Assembly (NCBI GenBank): GCA_016186115.1
Contig: JACPMK010000002.1
Location: 136,983 to 200,982, forward strand
Origin: Candidatus Wildermuthbacteria bacterium
GTDB taxonomy: Bacteria > Patescibacteriota > Minisyncoccia > Minisyncoccales > UBA10102
Reading direction: 5' to 3'
DNA: 64,000 bases
Shown: one piece after another, positions 57,705 to 64,000 of the stretch
Position numbering within the stretch: position 1 is the stretch's first letter
Layout of the letters: each line of letters opens with the position of its first letter
The notes under the pieces: generated by a model
Seen by the model: only the letters and a program-made list of their open reading frames with translations
The model's database searches: none
Told to the model about the DNA's origin: nothing
Program-made: the position numbers and the translations under genes

Positions 57705-59159
57705 TTATTGTGGTTGATTATTATTTGGGAATTGCGTTACGCCAAAATCGATTTGGCGGACTGCCGGAGAATTTTGCGGATAGGTCAAAAGGGCCACCCT
57801 ATTTTTCTGCCATGCCCGTACAACAGGATCAATAAATTTCCAACTTGCCACAATTTCATCGGTACTCACGAATAGGGTTTGATCGCCATTGATAACGCTC
57901 CAGAGAAGCCGCTCGTACGCATCGGAAAACTCTTCTGTCTCAAAGGCCTTGCGGTAATCAAAGGTAAAGCTTTTTTCCTGAATAATCATCTCTGCGCCCG
58001 GCTTTTTTACCCAGAAAGAAATATCGACCCGCTCTTGGGGCTGAATGATATAGCGCAACATATTCTGCGAATGAGCTCCCGGAGGACAAAGACAGGGCGT
58101 CAAATGCTTAAACGTCACCACAACCTCTACTTTCTCCTCATCGAGTTTTTTGCCGCTCTCTAAAATAAAAGGCACCCCCCTCCAACGAGGAACATGAAGA
58201 AATGTTTTAATCCGAAAGTAGGTTTCTGTTTGCGATTGAGAGCTTATTCCCTTTTCTTTGCGATACCCTTCATACTGGCCTCGGATCGTTCTTTGGGCGA
58301 GCATTTTTGGAGTTACTTTTTCCAAGGATTGCAAAACTTCAGCGCGTTTCTTGCGGATTGATACGGCATCAAAACTGCCGGGATTTTCCATGGTGAATAA
58401 TGCAAGCAATTGCAATATATGATTTTGTCCCACATCCCGCAGCGCCCCAACCCCTTCGTAAAATCCCCTTTCCTCCACTCCCTCTTGCTCCAACAAGTGA
58501 ATAGAAATTTGCTCGATTGCATCTTTATGCCATGAATCCTGCAAGAACGAGTTTGAGAATCGAAACGCCAAAACATTTTGCACGGTTTCCTTGCCCAAAT
58601 AATGATCAATACGATAAATTTGCTCTTCTTTAAAAAGTTTTCCCAGCAAATGGTCAAGCTCTTGCGCAGTACGCAGATTCTTTCCAAAGGGCTTTTCTAC
58701 AATCACTCTTGTCCACCCCTCTTCGGGGCCGCAAGGGACGGTAAGGCCGGAAGCAGCCAAATTGCGGAAAATTGTTTTGTAATATTGCGGAGGAACTGCG
58801 AGATAAAAAAGTTTGTTCGAACACACCCTCCATTCCCTATCTCGCATTCCAAGGAGCTGCGCGAGATCCTTATATCCCTTTCTCCTTTCAAAAAGACCCT
58901 GCTGATAAAGAAGAGAGCGCACAAATTCCCGAATCTGCTCTTTGGCTGTTGGCGCATACTGTTCGAGAATTGTTTGCACTTCTTTGCGGAATTCTTCGTT
59001 TGTGAGCTCGCGCCGCGAGAACCCAACAATTTGAAACAATGGCGGTAGCATTTTTTTCTGATACAAACGAAACAACGCCGGCGCAAGTTTTCGCCGCATT
59101 AAATCGCCAGTTGCTCCAAAAATCACAAATACGCTTGGCAAAAGATTATGCGATACCAA
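57705..59159 (-). CDS. zwf: glucose-6-phosphate 1-dehydrogenase
   Basis: 484-aa ORF with FGATGDL, EKPFG and RIDHYLGKE. Confidence 0.95.
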   Translation of the reverse strand: MVSHNLLPSVFVIFGATGDLMRRKLAPALFRLYQKKMLPPLFQIVGFSRRELTNEEFRKEVQTILEQYAPTAKEQIREFVRSLLYQQGLFERRKGYKDLAQLLGMRDREWRVCSNKLFYLAVPPQYYKTIFRNLAASGLTVPCGPEEGWTRVIVEKPFGKNLRTAQELDHLLGKLFKEEQIYRIDHYLGKETVQNVLAFRFSNSFLQDSWHKDAIEQISIHLLEQEGVEERGFYEGVGALRDVGQNHILQLLALFTMENPGSFDAVSIRKKRAEVLQSLEKVTPKMLAQRTIRGQYEGYRKEKGISSQSQTETYFRIKTFLHVPRWRGVPFILESGKKLDEEKVEVVVTFKHLTPCLCPPGAHSQNMLRYIIQPQERVDISFWVKKPGAEMIIQEKSFTFDYRKAFETEEFSDAYERLLWSVINGDQTLFVSTDEIVASWKFIDPVVRAWQKNRVALLTYPQNSPAVRQIDFGVTQFPNNNQPQ

Positions 59160-59382
59160 GTAGTTCCGCTAACTTCTTTTTATCAAATCCAACAATAACC
59201 TGCCCATCCACATCAATAACTGGCACCGCTAGTACTCCTGCCTTCTCTACCATTTCATGCTGCGCATTGACATCTTGAGAAACATCTTTTTCTTCGTAAG
59301 CAATGCTGTGCTCCCGGAAAAATTCTTTGGCTGCTTTGCAATATACGCACGTTGGAGTTGTGTAAAGGGTAACTTTTGCCAT
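59146..59382 (-). CDS. glutaredoxin-like (NrdH/YruB-type) small redoxin
   Basis: I placed the start at ATG 59382 (MAKVTLYTTPTCVYCKAAKEFF) with a CxxC motif; the protein is 78 aa. It overlaps the zwf start by 14 nt. Confidence 0.8.
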   Translation of the reverse strand: MAKVTLYTTPTCVYCKAAKEFFREHSIAYEEKDVSQDVNAQHEMVEKAGVLAVPVIDVDGQVIVGFDKKKLAELLGIA

Positions 59383-59395
59383 ATGTGGAAATGTA

Positions 59396-59485
59396 TTATA
59401 ACGCCCGGAGAAAGAAAACTGCAACGCTCACAAACAGTGCGATGAAGAAAAGAAGAAGTATCATCAACCATTCTTTCTGCGACAT
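59396..59485 (-). CDS. possible 29-aa single-helix membrane micro-protein
   Basis: Manual translation gives MSQKEWLMILLLFFIALFVSVAVFFLRAL. It fills an otherwise unexplained 112-nt gap in a tightly packed operon, and AGGA lies 4 nt upstream of the ATG. Confidence 0.3.
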   Translation of the reverse strand: MSQKEWLMILLLFFIALFVSVAVFFLRAL

Positions 59486-59494
59486 ATTCCTATA

Positions 59495-59899
59495 CTATAA
59501 CTCTTCCATTGTAAAAAAGTAGGTTTCAATCTGTTGCGAAAATTGCTGCTTGAGCAGCTCCTCTGCTTTTTCAAGCTCGCTCTTTTGCAACTGCTGCTCG
59601 GCAGCGAAATCCCCGAAAGCGCTGCTGCCTCCATATGCTCCGCAATCCTCGTGCTGAATGCAGACGATGCTCTTGGGGCCGTGCAGATTCGAAGAAATCT
59701 CCAGATTTTTCCATATCGCGCTTTCTTTCCCGTTTGCCACCAAGTCCTTCACCCCGCCGGCGATTGCAATACGATCGTATCCTTCCGGAAACTTCTCTGC
59801 CAAAAACTCGTTAAGTCGCTTCTGAAACCTGAAATCAATGCAATGCACGACCACTGCTTCACAATGATGCTGTATTTCCATGCGAATATATCCTATCAT
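59495..59899 (-). CDS. minimal beta-carbonic-anhydrase-like protein
   Basis: 134-aa ORF (alternative start 59881). HCIDFR fits CxDxR and HEDCGAYG fits HxxCG, the beta-CA zinc-ligand motifs. The protein is shorter than typical beta-CAs. Confidence 0.4.
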   Translation of the reverse strand: MIGYIRMEIQHHCEAVVVHCIDFRFQKRLNEFLAEKFPEGYDRIAIAGGVKDLVANGKESAIWKNLEISSNLHGPKSIVCIQHEDCGAYGGSSAFGDFAAEQQLQKSELEKAEELLKQQFSQQIETYFFTMEEL

Positions 59900-59914
59900 A
59901 ATTCAAAAATCGCT

Positions 59915-59956
59915 TCAAATAAATCGGCCCCGAGGGTTAGAAAACCACTCGGGGCC
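59915..59956 (-). terminator. rho-independent terminator after the lipoprotein gene
   Basis: On the minus strand, the 9-bp stem GGCCCCGAG/CTCGGGGCC has a 13-nt loop and is followed by GATTTATTTGAAGCGATTTTTG. Confidence 0.65.
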
Positions 59957-59969
59957 TTGGAAAGACACT

Positions 59970-61040
59970 CTACTGGATCGTCTGATCGTTTGCTCCTTGG
60001 CCACTATCCGGCCCGCTCCACGATCCTAAAACAGGAGTAAGAGGAAAGCCGTACGTAGTTCCTTGAACAAACAACAAAACATGCGTACCGTCAACGAGAT
60101 CGGCATTGATGGTTCGACCGGATCCTCCGACGATATCGAGTTGGACGCGAAAGCGTCTCGTTTCCCCCTTTTGGAGGAAAATATTCCCCCATGAGGCAAA
60201 CCCATTGGAATCCCACTGCGTCACGCCAAGTGATTGCCCTCTGCTAACGTCAATCAGCTCGATGTTTTTTGCATCAGAGAGAATGGCACTTCCGGTTTTC
60301 ATAACCGAAATTTGTCCTGCGATGCCCTCCACCGATCCTACCACTAGCTTAAACGAATTGACGACCACAGCTTTATCGCCTACACGAGGTTGGGAATCCA
60401 CGACCATTCCATCTTCTGTGATCATGACCGTACCAATAGTCACTGGTGCAATAGTCATTGCCTGGCCAGCTCCTGTAAATATGGGGATAATATCCTTGCC
60501 GCTTTCAGCGTCAATGGCAGCGATAGCGCTGAATCTGACGACATAAATTCCTCGTGCGTAAGGAGCAACTGCGCCTACTGCTGCAACAGAAATAAATTTG
60601 CCTGCTGGCACTCGAATGGTCTTGATAGAAAAGATGAGTTGATCTGCTGTGTTGGTAAGCGTTTCCTGGAAATACACAGGGCTGCCTAGAGAAGTTTCGT
60701 ACGCATCTCCACGAGAACTTTCTGCCGCATTGAGATCAGCCCAAAGCCCGATAGCAAGGTCATTTGCCCGAGCACCAGCAGCTGGGGTATTGGTTACGCC
60801 CAGCATCTGAACCAAAATATCCTTGTCAGAACCGGTTGCATCAAGAACAGCAACGGCTACAAGCACATCACGCGTACCCGCTATGATATTCGAAGCAATT
60901 GGCGTACTAAGCGTTCTCACAACAAGGACTTCTCTAAGGGCAGGTATGGGATTTTTTTCGGGCGTCAATACGCCAGATTCCACTTTCTGACATCCAGCAA
61001 GTAAAATTGACATTATCAGAAAAACAAAAACCTTTCCCAC
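59970..61040 (-). CDS. secreted lipoprotein, beta-rich, unknown function
   Basis: 356-aa ORF with a GTG start, GGAGGG 3 nt upstream, and signal peptide plus lipobox (FLIMSILLAGCQ). Confidence 0.7.
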   Translation of the reverse strand: MGKVFVFLIMSILLAGCQKVESGVLTPEKNPIPALREVLVVRTLSTPIASNIIAGTRDVLVAVAVLDATGSDKDILVQMLGVTNTPAAGARANDLAIGLWADLNAAESSRGDAYETSLGSPVYFQETLTNTADQLIFSIKTIRVPAGKFISVAAVGAVAPYARGIYVVRFSAIAAIDAESGKDIIPIFTGAGQAMTIAPVTIGTVMITEDGMVVDSQPRVGDKAVVVNSFKLVVGSVEGIAGQISVMKTGSAILSDAKNIELIDVSRGQSLGVTQWDSNGFASWGNIFLQKGETRRFRVQLDIVGGSGRTINADLVDGTHVLLFVQGTTYGFPLTPVLGSWSGPDSGQGANDQTIQ

Positions 61041-61070
61041 GACTCCCTCCTTCTACTTAATAGCATCTAA

Positions 61071-61099
61071 ATTATAGAACAGCTTAGCATCAATGTCAA
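61071..61099 (-). promoter_or_regulatory. consensus sigma70 promoter of the lipoprotein gene
   Basis: Minus strand reads TTGACA, exactly 17 nt, TATAAT. Both hexamers are perfect consensus. Confidence 0.7.
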
Positions 61100-61124
61100 A
61101 TTATCCGCAATGGTTTGATCCCCG

Positions 61125-61160
61125 ATCTCCTTAAAACTGCGATCGCAAGAATAAGAAGAT
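61125..61160. repeat. 36-bp imperfect palindrome, copy B
   Basis: ATCTCCTTAAAACTGCGATCGCAAGAATAAGAAGAT. It is identical to copy A at 33 of 36 positions and lies about 45 bp upstream of the -35 box of the lipoprotein promoter. Confidence 0.75.
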
Positions 61161-61199
61161 CGATAAGAGGTTGCTTCCGCGGGTTTATTTTTGGGACTA

Positions 61200-62144
61200 C
61201 TACGGCTGCAAGATATCTTCCGTTCGGCCGTTAATAGAGATAACTACATTCTGTACCGTAGAAAATTGTTTCAGTGTTTGAGTGATTTGCGCGCGGATCG
61301 CTGCCACGCGGCAGGATCCCCCAACCTGAAATTGCAACTGTTCGTCAAAATCAACTCTCGCCACACCATTCGCAATATTCAATTGCTGGATCTTGATATT
61401 GGAATTAAGAGAACTAAAAAATCCCTGCTCTTGTTCTTTATTGGTAGTTCCCTTGAGCAATTCTTCCAGCGCTGCTCTTGCCGTTGCTTGCGTTTTTGGA
61501 ATCTGCCGATTCACGGAAAAAACCTTGTTGCATGAAAACTCCGGATCCATCTGGCTGTTATTAAAGTACGCCTGTACTGTTATCATTTCTTGCGAAGACA
61601 CCTCTCCAAATACAACCGGCACTCGCAATTCATCTGCCTGCTCGGGCAGACCCGAAGGATTATCTTTTTCCAGAATCAGCGTCCCCTTTTTGCCGGCTGG
61701 CTTGTCAAACTCAATATGCGCCTGAAATGGCACGAATTCTGTTGTCATCCACTCGCCTTGTGCCTGTGCTATTCCTGTAACAAGCGTATTTCCCCGCTCA
61801 TCAAGGAGTTTTACCGGAAAAGATGCTTCAAAAAACCAGTTTCCTCGTGCTTGGCCCGTAATCAAAAGCGGACTGCGGATTTCTTGATTAGGCCGGGGAT
61901 TGGTAATGCGGATAAGGTCTTGCTTCTCTAACTCATTGCCAATATCCTGTGTGAATGTCTTTCCATCTGGGATCGTACATTTCGCAGGATAACTTTCTTG
62001 CACCGGGTAACCCGCAGCCACACACTCGTCAAAATTTGTGATATGTACTTCCTGCGGGCCCTGCCCCTGATTCGCAAACCAAAACATCCCTCCTGCCGCA
62101 GCGAGTACAACCACGAGAATTATAATAAGATATATGGGTTTCAT
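61200..62144 (-). CDS. membrane-anchored GerMN-domain protein with Ig-like middle domain
   Basis: 314-aa ORF with an N-terminal transmembrane helix. The C-terminal region (...TARAALEELLKG...FSSLNSNIKIQQLNIANGVARVDF...ITQTLKQFSTVQNV) fits the GerMN pattern. Confidence 0.6.
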   Translation of the reverse strand: MKPIYLIIILVVVLAAAGGMFWFANQGQGPQEVHITNFDECVAAGYPVQESYPAKCTIPDGKTFTQDIGNELEKQDLIRITNPRPNQEIRSPLLITGQARGNWFFEASFPVKLLDERGNTLVTGIAQAQGEWMTTEFVPFQAHIEFDKPAGKKGTLILEKDNPSGLPEQADELRVPVVFGEVSSQEMITVQAYFNNSQMDPEFSCNKVFSVNRQIPKTQATARAALEELLKGTTNKEQEQGFFSSLNSNIKIQQLNIANGVARVDFDEQLQFQVGGSCRVAAIRAQITQTLKQFSTVQNVVISINGRTEDILQP

Positions 62145-62151
62145 AATAAAA

Positions 62152-62180
62152 ATTATACCTCAAACCCACCATTCTATAAA
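62152..62180 (-). promoter_or_regulatory. promoter of the GerMN-domain gene
   Basis: Minus strand reads TTTATA, 17 nt, TATAAT. The -10 box ends 7 nt before the ATG at 62144. Confidence 0.5.
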
Positions 62181-62246
62181 ACACGTCTATATATTAGGAA
62201 GGAAGTTTAACTTCCCTCTTTTCCATTATGAAAATTGGGGAAGAAA

Positions 62247-62492
62247 TTAAAAATTCACCAAGGCAGTAACTTCTTGCGGGGTGACTTCGACTACGCCGGA
62301 GGCAATGGGAATTTTTTGCTGTTTGCCGGATTCGTCTTCAATCACCATATCCCCTTCTTTTAAAAGAGAAATCAATGGGGCGTGATCCGCAAGAACCTGA
62401 ATCTGGCCGGTAACCGAAGGCAAGGCCAATGATTTGGCATGACCGACGAAAATCTCTCTGTCTATTGAAAAAATCAATAATGGAAAATCCAT
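62247..62492 (-). CDS. atpC: F-type ATP synthase epsilon subunit, N-terminal beta-sandwich only
   Basis: 81-aa ORF downstream of atpD with GQIQVLADHAPLISLL. No C-terminal helical hairpin is present. Confidence 0.8.
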   Translation of the reverse strand: MDFPLLIFSIDREIFVGHAKSLALPSVTGQIQVLADHAPLISLLKEGDMVIEDESGKQQKIPIASGVVEVTPQEVTALVNF

Positions 62493-62501
62493 ATACTAAA
62501 T

Positions 62502-64000
<1,499 letters not shown>

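Noticed and set aside
62145-62246. Hairpin GGAAGT-TTA-ACTTCC after atpC as a terminator
   Set aside because: The stem is short (6 bp) with a 3-nt loop and no convincing U-tract on the minus strand, so I did not annotate it.

Overview
Gene-dense chromosomal segment with almost everything on the minus strand. Only one 477-aa gene, rpmB and two tRNAs are on the plus strand. Gene content points to a small-genome bacterium using the standard genetic code, most likely from the Candidate Phyla Radiation (Patescibacteria / Parcubacteria-like). This placement is an inference from several observations: uL30 is absent between rpsE and rplO, aminoacyl-tRNA synthetases are trimmed, RpoA lacks an alpha-CTD, a ComEC-type MBL domain stands alone, and there are many small zinc-ribbon proteins. 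Reading along the minus strand from the high-coordinate end, the window holds: atpG(partial)-atpD-atpC; secreted or membrane proteins; a Grx-Zwf-Gnd-Pgl-TrxB-DsbA-VKOR-SDR-DoxX redox/oxidative pentose phosphate block; ComEC-MBL and ndk; an ECF sigma factor with an unknown partner; the str operon (rpsL-rpsG-fusA-small ORF-tuf); the S10-spc cluster (rpsJ through secY); two adenylate-kinase paralogues and map; about 10 kb of inserted housekeeping and unknown genes; the remainder of the alpha operon (infA-rpmJ-rpsM-rpsK-rpsD-rpoA-rplQ, then rplM-rpsI); murA, two mreB paralogues, holB, frr, rseP, proS, gatCA; a tRNA cluster with small nuclease-like genes; and pheST and gyrB(partial). I saw no rRNA, CRISPR array, transposase or integrase. 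The items most worth a second look are: (1) a 36-bp palindromic element centred on TGCGATCGCA, in three intergenic copies, two of which bracket a PaaX/Cas2-fold regulator-like gene; (2) a structured, promoter-to-U-tract unit of about 140 nt between ndk and the ECF sigma gene (candidate sRNA); (3) an 88-nt multi-hairpin element inside the redox block; (4) -10 boxes only 6-10 nt from start codons at several operon heads, suggesting leaderless mRNAs; (5) two tRNAs whose T-loops lack U55; (6) RpoA without an alpha-CTD; and (7) an orphan Phd/YefM-like micro-protein inserted between fusA and tuf. All coordinates and alignments were derived by eye from the sequence and the ORF track. No database search was run.
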